DNA of 64,000 bases from Alphaproteobacteria bacterium (GCA_965248835.1 CBDFLJ010000001.1:1024001-1088000), one strand, 5' to 3'; positions 33,173 through 44,073 are shown, counted from the stretch's first letter. The notes: generated by a model from the letters alone, not told the origin. Numbers and translations are program-made.

Positions 33173-34570
33173 CTGAAGCCGTTGAATTCCCTGGTTATTT
33201 CCGGCAAAGAAGTGCCGCCCCTGGTGGAGGGCGGCAAGGGCATCGCGGTGTCCAACGGACAGAGCGCAGGCGCTTGGGCAGCCGCCGGCGGGGTCGGGAC
33301 GTTCTCGGCCGTCAACGCCGATGCCTACGATTCCGACGGCAGGCTGATCCCGGTGCGCTATAGCGGGCGCACGCGCAAGCTGCGCCACGAGGAGCTTCTT
33401 GCCTACGCCGTCCAGGGCGGCATCACCCAGGCGCGCATCGCCCATGAGATGTCCGGCGGCCAGGGCCGGATCCACATGAACGTGCTGTGGGAGATGGGCG
33501 GCTCCGAGCGGGTGCTGCACGGCGTGCTGACCGGTGCCAAGGGGCTGATCCACGGCGTGACCTGCGGCGCCGGCATGCCCTATCGCATCGCCCAGATCGC
33601 CGCGGAGTACGGCGTCCACTATTATCCGATCGTTTCCTCGGCGCGCGCGTTCAAGGCGTTGTGGAAGCGGGCCTACCACAAGTTCGCCGAATGGCTGGGC
33701 GGGGTGGTCTACGAGGATCCGTGGCGCGCCGGCGGCCATAACGGCCTGTCCAACGGCGAGGATCCCGACGCACCGCAGGACCCCTATCCGCGGGTGGCCG
33801 AACTGCGCGAGACCATGACCGAGATGGGGCGCGCCCAGACGCCGATCTTCATGGCCGGCGGCGTATGGTGCCTGCGCGAGTGGGAGGACTGGATCGACAG
33901 TGCCGAACTCGGGCCGATCGCCTTTCAGTTCGGCACGCGCCCGCTCCTGACCCAGGAGAGCCCGATTTCGCCGGAATGGAAGCGCCGGCTGTTGGCGCTC
34001 CAGCCGGGCGACGTCTCGCTCAACAAATTCAGCCCGACGGGGTTCTATTCGTCGGCGGTGTTCAACGACTTTCTCGACGAGCTGAAGCTGCGCTCGGAAC
34101 GCCAGATCGCGATCTCGGCCGAGCCGGTCGGCGGGCTCGCCGAGGAGCTCGTCGTCGGACCGCGCGGACGGCGGGTGTTCGTCACCCATGCGGACCGCAA
34201 GCGGGCCGAGGCGTGGCTCGACAGCGGCTATACCGAAGGCCTGCGCACGCCCGATTCGACGATGATCTTCGTCTCGCACGATAAAGCCCGGGAAATCCGC
34301 ACCGATCAGGCGAACTGCATGGGCTGCCTTTCGGCATGCCAGTTTTCCAACTGGTCGCAGGCCGAGACCGGCACGACCGGGCGCAAGGCCGACCCGCGGT
34401 CCTATTGCATCCAGAAAACCCTGCAGAACATCGCCCATGGCGGTTCGGTCGACGAACAGCTCATGTTCGCCGGCCACAACGCCTACCGGTTCCGCGACGA
34501 CCCGTTTTATTCGAACGGTTTCGTGCCGACCGTCAAACAGCTCGTCGAACGGCTGCATTCGGGCGACTGA
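33173..34570 (+). CDS. nitronate-monooxygenase/FabK-superfamily flavoprotein, FabX/UfaA-like (FMN + Fe-S)
   Basis: LVEGGKGIAVS, GAGMP, AGGHNG, FQFGTR..TQES, SPTG, C-terminal CMGCLSAC...YCI, LMFAGHNAY; start probably CTG 33173 (TTG 33182 alternative). Confidence 0.85.
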   Translation: MKPLNSLVISGKEVPPLVEGGKGIAVSNGQSAGAWAAAGGVGTFSAVNADAYDSDGRLIPVRYSGRTRKLRHEELLAYAVQGGITQARIAHEMSGGQGRIHMNVLWEMGGSERVLHGVLTGAKGLIHGVTCGAGMPYRIAQIAAEYGVHYYPIVSSARAFKALWKRAYHKFAEWLGGVVYEDPWRAGGHNGLSNGEDPDAPQDPYPRVAELRETMTEMGRAQTPIFMAGGVWCLREWEDWIDSAELGPIAFQFGTRPLLTQESPISPEWKRRLLALQPGDVSLNKFSPTGFYSSAVFNDFLDELKLRSERQIAISAEPVGGLAEELVVGPRGRRVFVTHADRKRAEAWLDSGYTEGLRTPDSTMIFVSHDKAREIRTDQANCMGCLSACQFSNWSQAETGTTGRKADPRSYCIQKTLQNIAHGGSVDEQLMFAGHNAYRFRDDPFYSNGFVPTVKQLVERLHSGD

Positions 34571-34594
34571 GCGTCGGAATCGCGTTCGGCGCGA

Positions 34595-34611
34595 ATTTGA
34601 CTTGTTCCAAA
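34595..34611. promoter_or_regulatory. weak ICE (Irr box)-like site upstream of irr
   Basis: ATTTGACTTGTTCCAAA vs TTTRGAAYNRTTCYAAA; right half perfect, 3 mismatches in left half. Confidence 0.4.
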
Positions 34612-34671
34612 CTGCGCCCGTCACTATTGTAACAGAAGTGTAATGATGTGGCCGGTTGACGAGTTTCGGCG

Positions 34672-35088
34672 ATGCAACGACCCTACACGCCGCTGATCGA
34701 GATGCTCAAGCGCCACGGCCTGCGCCCGACGCGCCAGCGCTTGGCGCTGACCAGGCTGCTGTTCGCCGGCGCCAACCGCCATGTCAGCGCCGAGAGCCTT
34801 CACGAGGAGGTGCTGCGCGACGGGGCGAGCGTTTCGCTGGCGACCGTCTACAACACCTTGCACCAGTTCACCGCCGTCGGCCTGCTGCGCGAGGTTATGG
34901 TCGATCCGAACCGATCCTACTTCGACACCAACACGACAGATCACCATCACCTTTATTTCGAGGACACCGGTCGCCTCGAAGACCTCGAGCCCACCGCCGT
35001 GCGGATCAGCAACCTGCCCGATCCACCCGCCGGAACGACGATCAGCCGGGTCGATCTGGTCATCCGGGTCACTGCCCGCCCGGACTGA
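34672..35088 (+). CDS. irr: iron response regulator Irr (Fur family)
   Basis: GLRPTRQRLAL, VSLATVYNTLHQFT..GLLREV, SYFDTN..DHHH. Confidence 0.93.
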   Translation: MQRPYTPLIEMLKRHGLRPTRQRLALTRLLFAGANRHVSAESLHEEVLRDGASVSLATVYNTLHQFTAVGLLREVMVDPNRSYFDTNTTDHHHLYFEDTGRLEDLEPTAVRISNLPDPPAGTTISRVDLVIRVTARPD

Positions 35089-35118
35089 CCGGGTTGCCGC
35101 CGACGGTGGATAAGGATT

Positions 35119-35135
35119 GTTAGAACAATTCCAAG
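35119..35135. promoter_or_regulatory. ICE (iron control element, Irr-binding) upstream of katG
   Basis: GTTAGAACAATTCCAAG matches TTTRGAAYNRTTCYAAA at 15 of 17 positions. Confidence 0.75.
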
Positions 35136-35138
35136 CTA

Positions 35139-35167
35139 TTGACCAACCCGTCCCGACGTCATATAAA
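35139..35167 (+). promoter_or_regulatory. sigma70-type promoter for katG
   Basis: TTGACC-17 nt-TATAAA, 3 bp downstream of the ICE box. Confidence 0.7.
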
Positions 35168-35274
35168 TATCCCTGCCGACAGCTTCCGGGGGTGTCTTTG
35201 CGAGGCCGAGATCCGTGGGGGTTGGCGTGAACGCATGAAGAGCAGGGATGAATGCCTGCGCTTGAGGGAACTAA

Positions 35275-37506
<2,232 letters not shown>

Positions 37507-37633
37507 TCTCAGCCGAAAGGTCTTCGAGGGCTTCTAGAGAGCAGCCGCGACTGGGCGTAGGGCGATCAGGATCAGATCGAGGCTACGCAAATCCTACGCA
37601 AGCCTGTGGAAACCCTCGAGGCCGGTGGAAGAC

Positions 37634-37825
37634 ATGGACAAGAAATCCGGGTTAAAGGGTCTAAGGCCGAGCAGAATCTGAAGGCTGCCTTCGCCGGCGA
37701 ATCGCAGGCCAACCGGCGCTACCTCTATTTCGCCCAGAAGGCGGACGTGGAGGGCTACAATGACGTCGTCGCGGTGTTCCGCTCGACCGCCGAGGGCGAG
37801 ACCGGCCAGGCCCATGGCCATCACC
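37634..37825 (+). pseudogene. rbr: rubrerythrin, N-terminal remnant
   Basis: [56 protein letters not shown]; ATG 37634 is out of frame with this body (1-nt loss near LKG), and similarity stops after the first iron-ligand pair. Confidence 0.85.
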
Positions 37826-37927
37826 GTGGACGGCGCGGCCGCGGCCGGCATCGGCAATCCGAACTACGGCCACATGGCGGTCATGCCCGAAACGACGCGC
37901 GCAGCACTGACCGGCGATCTCGATTAA
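37826..37927 (+). pseudogene. DUF3501-family protein, C-terminal remnant
   Basis: [33 protein letters not shown] resembles the DUF3501 C-terminus as recalled (HPNYxHMAVMPExVRxALxxDFD); DUF3501 normally accompanies rubrerythrin. Confidence 0.6.
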
Positions 37928-37937
37928 CCGATCCTTG

Positions 37938-37967
37938 GCGGGGGTTCGAATCCTGCCGGGGCTACCA
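37938..37967 (+). other. tRNA 3'-end fragment (T arm, acceptor strand, CCA); possible att site
   Basis: GGTTCGAATCCTGCCGGGGCTACCA; no D arm or anticodon arm upstream. Confidence 0.7.
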
Positions 37968-37969
37968 AA

Positions 37970-38357
37970 TCAGAGCGTGTGCAGACCGAGATGCTTCGCG
38001 ACCGCGTCGAAATCCCGGTCGGCATGAAGCAAACGGTGTCCGTTCTCCATGCAGAAGGTCGCGATCAGCATGTCGATGGTCTTGCGAACGGTAACACCCC
38101 TGGCGCAAAGAGCACGGTAATTGCGGGCACTGGCCAGGGCGATGCTGCGGCCGACCATGGGCTCGAAAATGAGCGTATCCAACGCTGCGCGCGCGGCGAA
38201 GGTCGCGGTCGTCGCGAAAGCCTTGCAGAACCTCCGCAAAGATGAGATCGCCGACCAAGACCGGTTCTATGCCGAGGATTTCGTCGAGCAGCGCGGTCTC
38301 ACGAGTCTCGACGCCGTTGAAGTAGTCGATCCATACCGAGGAATCGACGACGATCAC
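37970..38357 (-). pseudogene. vapC: VapC PIN-domain toxin, frameshifted
   Basis: MIVVDSSVWIDYF...AEVLQGFR in one frame; RKTIDMLIATFC...LLHADRDF in another; shift near 38190. Confidence 0.85.
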
Positions 38358-38377
38358 CTGTCTCGCCGCATGCGGTC
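38354..38377 (-). pseudogene. last codons of a VapB antitoxin, truncated at the IS630 remnant
   Basis: DRMRRDR*, with TGA overlapping the vapC GTG as in coupled TA operons. Confidence 0.5.
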
Positions 38378-39091
38378 ATGCGGGAGCAGCCGGACATCAC
38401 GCTGGCGGAGCCGCAAGGCCGGCTGGCCGCCGAGAAGGCGGTCGCGATCTCGTTGCAGGCGATCAATGAGACGCTCAGGGCGCTGGGCTACAGCTTTAAA
38501 AAAACTTCGCGGGAGGGCGAACAGGACCGTCCCGACATTGCCGTCAAGCGCTGGCACTGGCGCCGCTGGCAGCACTGGCTGAGACCGGAGCCAAGACCAA
38601 CATGGCCCGGCTGCGCGGGCGCTGTCCCCGCGGCCAACGCCTGAACGCCACCCTGCCCTGGGGCCACTGGAAGACCACCACGTTCGTCGCCGGGCTGCGC
38701 CTGGATGGCTTGCACGCTCCCATGGTGCTCGACGGCGCCATGGACGGCGACGCTTTCAGGACCTACGTCGAACAGATCCTGGCGCCTTGCCTGCGGCCCG
38801 GTGATGTCGTCGTCATGGACAACCTGTCGGCCCACAAGGTCGCGGGCGTGCGTCAGGCCATCAAGGCGCGCGGCGCGTTCCTGCTCTATCTGCCGGCCTA
38901 CTCACCCGAGCTCAACCCCATCGAACAGGCCTTTGCCAAGCTCAAGGCGCTGCTCCGAAAGGCCGCCGCCAGAACCATCGACACGCTCGAAGCCGCCATC
39001 GCAACAGCGCTCGAAAACTTCACCCCCAATGAATGCGCCAACTACTTTACAAACTCGGGATACAAGCCGAATTGATCCGAAAATGCGCTAG
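38378..39091 (+). mobile_element. IS630-family element remnant (truncated transposase and right end)
   Basis: QPDITLAE...YSFKKT with an A-run slip site; HWKTTTFVAGLR, VVVMDNLSAHK, YLPAYSPELNPIEQAFAKLK; ends ...GAAAATGCGCTAG. Confidence 0.9.
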
Positions 39092-40079
39092 CAGGGTCTG
39101 AAAAACGGCCAGTTGCGGTCGGGTTGGTTGTTTTGAACGGGTTGTCGATGGCGTGGTTAGGGGTTCGAGGTCGGATCGTGGCGTGGATGGGATGGGGTTC
39201 GGCGGCTGTCGGGCATCTGCGCCGCGGCGATGAGTTTGGGCAGCCGGACCAGGTTGTAGGCGGCGGCGGTCAGGGTGAACATCCAGCCCACCCGGTCGAG
39301 CCCGCGATGCCGGGTCTTGGCCAACCCGCCGGTTCTTGATCCAGCCGAAGCCCTCCTCGATGCGCTTGCGCAGCCGCTGGCTCGCGGCGTAACGAATGCC
39401 GGGTGGTGCGCCGGTCGATCCGGGTCTTGCGCCGCTTACCGGTCTTGCTCAGGCGGCGTCGACGGCACGGCGCGGTCGCCAACGCCTCGACAAGGTCGCC
39501 TTGTCGGCGCCGAGCGTGATCCGTCGCCTTTTGCTGCGGCGCCCCAGCATGGCCAGCGCCGCCTCCCGCTCGGCGGTCGGTGGCCCGGCCAGCGCCATCG
39601 ACGATCAGGGCGTTGCCGTTCTCCATCAGCAGATGGCCCATCAAGCCGGCCATCGCAACACGCGTGGGTCGCATTCGCGCGCCGCTCGCCGCGGAAGTCG
39701 CGCTCGGCGTTGCGCCCGGCGGGCGGCGCGTCATCGTCGCCGCCATCTTTGCGGCGGAAGCTCTTCATCGACGCCCAGGCCTCGATCAGCGTGCCGCGCG
39801 AAAAGTGCTCCTCCGAAACCCGGCTTGCGCCGCCAGGAACCATCGACACGCTTCGAGAAGCCGCACACCGGGTCGCGAACAGCGCAAGAGGTTGTAGTCC
39901 AGCGCTCCATCAAAACGGATGGTGTTGCAGCAGAAGCGCCCGCAGCACCCCCAATGCGAATGCGCTCGAAAACTACTTTCACCAGAGCCCGGACAAACGG
40001 ATGGTCGGGCGACGTAGCAAGCCCGCCGCCGCGTTCGTCCTCGCCGAATCCAGCACCGATGATCCGAAAATGCGCTAGC
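39073..40079 (+). repeat. 20-bp exact direct repeat of the IS630 end (39073-39092 and 40060-40079)
   Basis: TGATCCGAAAATGCGCTAGC occurs twice; 39832-39980 also contains scrambled pieces of the IS630 3' region. Confidence 0.9.
39092..39830 (-). mobile_element. IS5-family element remnant with multiple indels, beginning at CTAG
   Basis: EHFS..GTLIEAWASMKSFRRKD, DFRGERRANATH, GHLLMEN, GWMFTLTAAAYNLVRLPKL in shifting frames; terminus CAGGGTCTGAAAAA. Confidence 0.8.
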
Positions 40080-41090
40080 GCTCGCCACGCAGCTCCACGA
40101 TGCGCTTGTGGACCGCGATCAGGAACTTGTCGGCCTGGCCCGGGACGTCGATCGGGTCGCCGAAGGTGATCTTGTTGCGCTGCTGCGCCTCGACCATCGG
40201 GATGTCCTCGGTAAGGATCGTCGTCTCCTGCTCGCGGCGCATGTCCTCGTCATTGGGATAGCCGCCGTCCAGCGCGAGGTCGCGGGTAAACGCGAAAAAG
40301 TAGTGGCTCGACGTCTCGGTCTCGGGCGTCATGACGTGGTCGTGGTTGATGGTGATCCTGTTCTCCTCGTTCTCCATCACCAGCTCGATATTGACCGTGT
40401 TCGGCGGCCGTCAGTTCTGCAAGGTCGTGCGCGTGACCGGCTTGGTGAACCCGCCCCAGGCCGCGGCCATCGGCCCCAGCGCGACGTTCTTCAGCACCCG
40501 CCGGCTGTGGACCGAGCCCGGCATTGTCCAGGTCTCCATCTCCTGGCGGACGGCGTCGGTCTCGCCCCTCTGGCCGGCGCGCGAGCCGAAGCTGCCGGCA
40601 TGGAGAAAATCGGCATGGCTGACGTCCAGCAGGTTGTCGGCCATGAGCTGGTCGTTGGCCTGGGCGTGGAACCGGCTGAGAATGGACGAGCGGTCATCGG
40701 CCACCAGCCAGGGCATCTCCGGGATCATCGCCGGATCGGCCCTGGACGCATATCGCCCAGCCAGGTCCAGACGAACCCCCAGTGCGCCTCGATCGGGTAG
40801 CTCTTGATCCGCGCGTTGCGCGAGACCGTCTCCTGGTGGGGGACGTGGACGCAGCGCCCGTCGGCGGCCACCACCCAGCCGTGATAGCCGCACATGATCT
40901 CATCGCCGATCACCCTGCCCATCGACAGCGGTGCCTGGCGGTGCGGACAGCGATTCTCCAGCGCCACCAGCGTGCCGGACCTGGCAGTCTGGAACAGGAC
41001 GATCGGCTGGTTGCACACCACCCGCTCGATCGGCTGGCTCGAAAGCTCAGAGGCGCGAGCGACGCAGTACCAGATGTCTTCGAAGAACAT
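40075..41090 (-). pseudogene. Rieske non-heme iron oxygenase alpha subunit (VanA-like), two frameshifts
   Basis: CPHR...CGYHGW Rieske motif; DNLLDVSHADFLH; HVMTPET...ED; frame changes near 40750 and 40410 (may be sequencing errors). Confidence 0.82.
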
Positions 41091-41371
41091 GTTCGCGACC
41101 CCGTCATCGGACTCTGCTTGGCATTCCCTATTGTGAGATTTTAGCCCTGTACATGTGTCTGGCAACGACCGGACCCCAGTCAGGCAGGTCCCGGCACGTG
41201 ACTATTCCCCGCCCGGGAGCCGATCGCCACCGGCACGAAGGTGATGGAGCGCTTCGATAATCTCAATGGGTCATGCCTAGCTGAGTGTCACTGGATGGCG
41301 TTCGAGGCTGGATCGGCCGTCCTGGGTTGGTCTAGGTTCGAGCGTCGATCGGTGGAGAGTCGGGAGAGGCC

Positions 41372-42187
41372 ATGCTGACGCTATACCATCAGGGAAGCTC
41401 GGTCTGCGCGGCCAAGGCGCGGATCGTGCTCCATGAGAAGGGGTGTGAGTGGAAGGGCGAGTATGTCGACGTGCTCAAGGGCGAGCAATTCCAGGATTGG
41501 TATCTGGCGCTCAACCCGAACGCGGTCGTGCCGACCCTGGTCGACGACGGCCGGGTGATCATCGAATCGACGGTGATCTGCGAGTATCTCGACGACGTCT
41601 TTCCCGACCCGCCGCTCAAGTCCACCGATCCGTATGACCTGGCCATGATGCGGATCTGGACCAAGCGGATCGACGAGCGGCTGCACCCGATGACCAGCGT
41701 GCTGACCTATTCCGCGTCGCACCGGCACACGATCCTCGACAACAACACGGCGGAGCAGGTCGAGGCGATCATCAACGAGACCCGCGATCCGGTGAAGCGC
41801 CAACGCAAGCGCGAATGGATCGAGCTTGGGATCGAAGCGCCGAGTGCACGCGCGGCCGTCGTCGAATTCGAAAAGACCCTGGCCGACATGGAAGAGACGC
41901 TCTCGCGCACGCCGTGGCTCGCCGGCGATGCCTACTCGCTCGCCGATGTCGGCATGACGCCCTATGTCAACCGGTTGTCGATGCTGGGGATGGAAGGATT
42001 TTGGAACGGCCGTGCGCATGTCGCGGACTGGTTCGCGCGAGTGCGCAGCCGCGAAAGCATCATGCCCGCGCTGATCGCCGCCGTTCCCGACGACCTGACC
42101 CGTTCGCTTGCCGACAACGGCGCTCGGAGCTGGCCCAGGGTCGAGGCGATGCTGGAGACCGTCCGCGCGGCCGCCGCCGGAGCCTAG
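41372..42187 (+). CDS. glutathione S-transferase family protein
   Basis: SSVCAAKARIVLHEKG, LNPNAVVPTL, ESTVICEYLD, WLAGDAYSLAD. Confidence 0.95.
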   Translation: MLTLYHQGSSVCAAKARIVLHEKGCEWKGEYVDVLKGEQFQDWYLALNPNAVVPTLVDDGRVIIESTVICEYLDDVFPDPPLKSTDPYDLAMMRIWTKRIDERLHPMTSVLTYSASHRHTILDNNTAEQVEAIINETRDPVKRQRKREWIELGIEAPSARAAVVEFEKTLADMEETLSRTPWLAGDAYSLADVGMTPYVNRLSMLGMEGFWNGRAHVADWFARVRSRESIMPALIAAVPDDLTRSLADNGARSWPRVEAMLETVRAAAAGA

Positions 42188-42311
42188 GTGCCCCGAGTCA
42201 GCCGGCCGCGGACCGACCGGTAGGCCGGCTCCGGCGAGGTGCCGGTGATCCCGTTCGATGCGGAGCTCCGGTCGGGACCGGTCGGAGCATGACGAAAAAT
42301 GCACGAACCGA

Positions 42312-42324
42312 AATCAAGCCGTTG
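42312..42324 (+). promoter_or_regulatory. IHF consensus site
   Basis: AATCAAGCCGTTG = WATCAANNNNTTR, with A tracts upstream. Confidence 0.5.
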
Positions 42325-42470
42325 AAAACTCAGCCCTTTTTCCAAGGACCTTTTTATGCCTCCATTCTGGCGATTCCGGCAAGCCGGCAAACAATCGGAT
42401 CATAAGTCCAGACTGCGAATGGCGGCGTTTGCCACAGCCGCTGAACCCTTACGCGCGCGCGAGGATGCGG

Positions 42471-42556
42471 ATTCCTACGCACTTGACGGCCGGTTCCTAT
42501 TTTACTTGACGGGGATTCCTACAACATTTGACCGCGAATCCTAGGCACTTGACCGT
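42471..42556. repeat. four imperfect direct repeats at exact 22-bp period (iteron-like)
   Basis: TCCTA at 42473, 42495, 42517, 42539, each followed by TTGAC (42483, 42506, 42528, 42549). Confidence 0.85.
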
Positions 42557-42784
42557 CACGGCTGTGCCGGTGGGGTTTCTCCCTTGAGTTGATGCGAGGG
42601 GCCGGCCGGTGGCCGGCCCGAGGCGAGCGTAAGCGAGCCCCGGTTGATATTCAAAGGCCTGTCGGGCGCGGCGACAAGCCCCGTCATGAGGCATGCCGCC
42701 GCGCCGGCCCGGCGGACGATCAAACGGGGGGAAACGGGCGCCACCCGGAGGCGGCGCCGAGTGCTCAACCGACGTCGACCGCGC

Positions 42785-43798
42785 CTACTTGTTGGGATCG
42801 TAGAGCTTCGATTTCAGGGTCTGGTAGTCCACGATAAACTTGTCGGCCAGGGCATCGTTCTCCGCCCACTTCGCGCCGTAGATCGTCCGGACGTAGGCAT
42901 CGCGGTATTCGCCTTCGAGCTTGAGCCACTGCACCCCGGCCTTGGCGAGCGCCGCGTCGTCGCGCCGGCCGAGCCGGATCACCGACTCGTCGGCGGTCGT
43001 TTCGTATTGCCGGGCCATCTTCTCGAGGAAGGCCTGCTCCTCGCTAGTCATCGAATCCCACTTCTTCTTGTTGACCAGCACCAACATCGTGGCGCCGAAG
43101 AACGACGGCTCGACCCGGTATTTGAGGAACCTCCCCCATCCGTAGGTGTTAACCGAACCCCAGGGCCAGGCCAGGCCCTCGACCACGCCGCGCTCGAGCG
43201 CGGAGTAGACGTCGCTCGGCGAAATGACGATCGGGGTCGCGCCCATCTTGCGCATGAAGGCCTTGTATAGGCCGGTGGAGCGCATCTTCACGCCGGTCAG
43301 GTCGATCCCGGTCGTCTTGCTGAGCTTGGGCTTGAACCGCGTATAGACGTAGAATCGCTGCCCGTTCTGGAAGGTCCAGGCCAGGATCCGTGAGTTGAGG
43401 CCCTTGTCCCAGGCCTCCTGCATCATGTCCCAGGCGCCGTTGGAGCGGATCTCGTCGAGCGACTTGTTGTGCGCGCCGGGCAACCGGCCCTCGGCGAGGA
43501 TGCCCGAGTAGTAGGTGCCCGGGCAGTAGATCATGTCGACCAGCCCACGCTGTATGGCGCTGCCCTGACCCTTCCAGGGAATAACCTCCGGCCCGCCCCT
43601 GTAGCGGATACTCACCGGGCCGTTGGCCTTGTTGATCGGGTCGATGAAGTGCTCATGCAGCGCGTTGACGTAGTCGTGGTTGCGCTGGAAGCAGGCCAGA
43701 GCCTGCAACTGGGTGGCAGCGACCGCCGGGATGCTCCAGGCGGTGAGCGCCACACCGGCCGCCGCGACCGTGAGCGTGATGTTCGATCTGGCCGTCAT
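42785..43798 (-). CDS. dctP: TRAP transporter solute-binding protein DctP
   Basis: Signal peptide, GGPEVIP, GLVDM, DLTGVKMRS, DVYSALERGVVEG, VNKKKWDSM. Confidence 0.9.
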   Translation of the reverse strand: MTARSNITLTVAAAGVALTAWSIPAVAATQLQALACFQRNHDYVNALHEHFIDPINKANGPVSIRYRGGPEVIPWKGQGSAIQRGLVDMIYCPGTYYSGILAEGRLPGAHNKSLDEIRSNGAWDMMQEAWDKGLNSRILAWTFQNGQRFYVYTRFKPKLSKTTGIDLTGVKMRSTGLYKAFMRKMGATPIVISPSDVYSALERGVVEGLAWPWGSVNTYGWGRFLKYRVEPSFFGATMLVLVNKKKWDSMTSEEQAFLEKMARQYETTADESVIRLGRRDDAALAKAGVQWLKLEGEYRDAYVRTIYGAKWAENDALADKFIVDYQTLKSKLYDPNK

Positions 43799-44073
43799 TG
43801 GTACGTTCCCTTCTGTGTTTCCCCGCATAGGTTTCCCCGCATAACAGGCATCCGCGCGACCGGCTTCCGATTCCTGCCGCCCATCCGGCCGGTTCTTTCG
43901 TCCTTCGCGGGCGGCGGCGTTGAGCCGCGGTTTCACGCTTGCTTTTGCACGTTGGACGCATCAGCCTATCGTCGAGAGCTTAGGCGGGCCCGGCGCAACA
44001 CACAAGTGCGCCACGCCGGATCCCGTGGCGTCCGGGGTCGAACCCGGACGAAATGCGACGGCGAAGGAGCGGC

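Noticed and set aside
35106-35114. DnaA-box-like GGTGGATAA after irr
   Set aside because: Single mismatched box with no cluster or origin context
37584-37601. CTACGCAA direct repeat after katG as integrase arm sites
   Set aside because: Only two 8-bp copies and no integrase; too weak to support
37890-37967. Complete tRNA gene
   Set aside because: Sequence upstream of the T arm is the DUF3501-like tail; no D arm, anticodon arm or matching 5' acceptor strand
37606-38094. 162-aa ORF as an intact novel rubrerythrin variant
   Set aside because: Similarity ends at 37825; the remainder reads through the deletion junction, tRNA fragment and antisense vapC
42396-42422. dif-like XerC/D site (reverse strand TTCGCA...TTATG)
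   Set aside because: Spacing is one base short and both arms match poorly
42471-42556. CRISPR array interpretation of the 22-bp repeats
   Set aside because: Period too short, no unique spacers of about 30 nt, repeats degenerate, no cas genes
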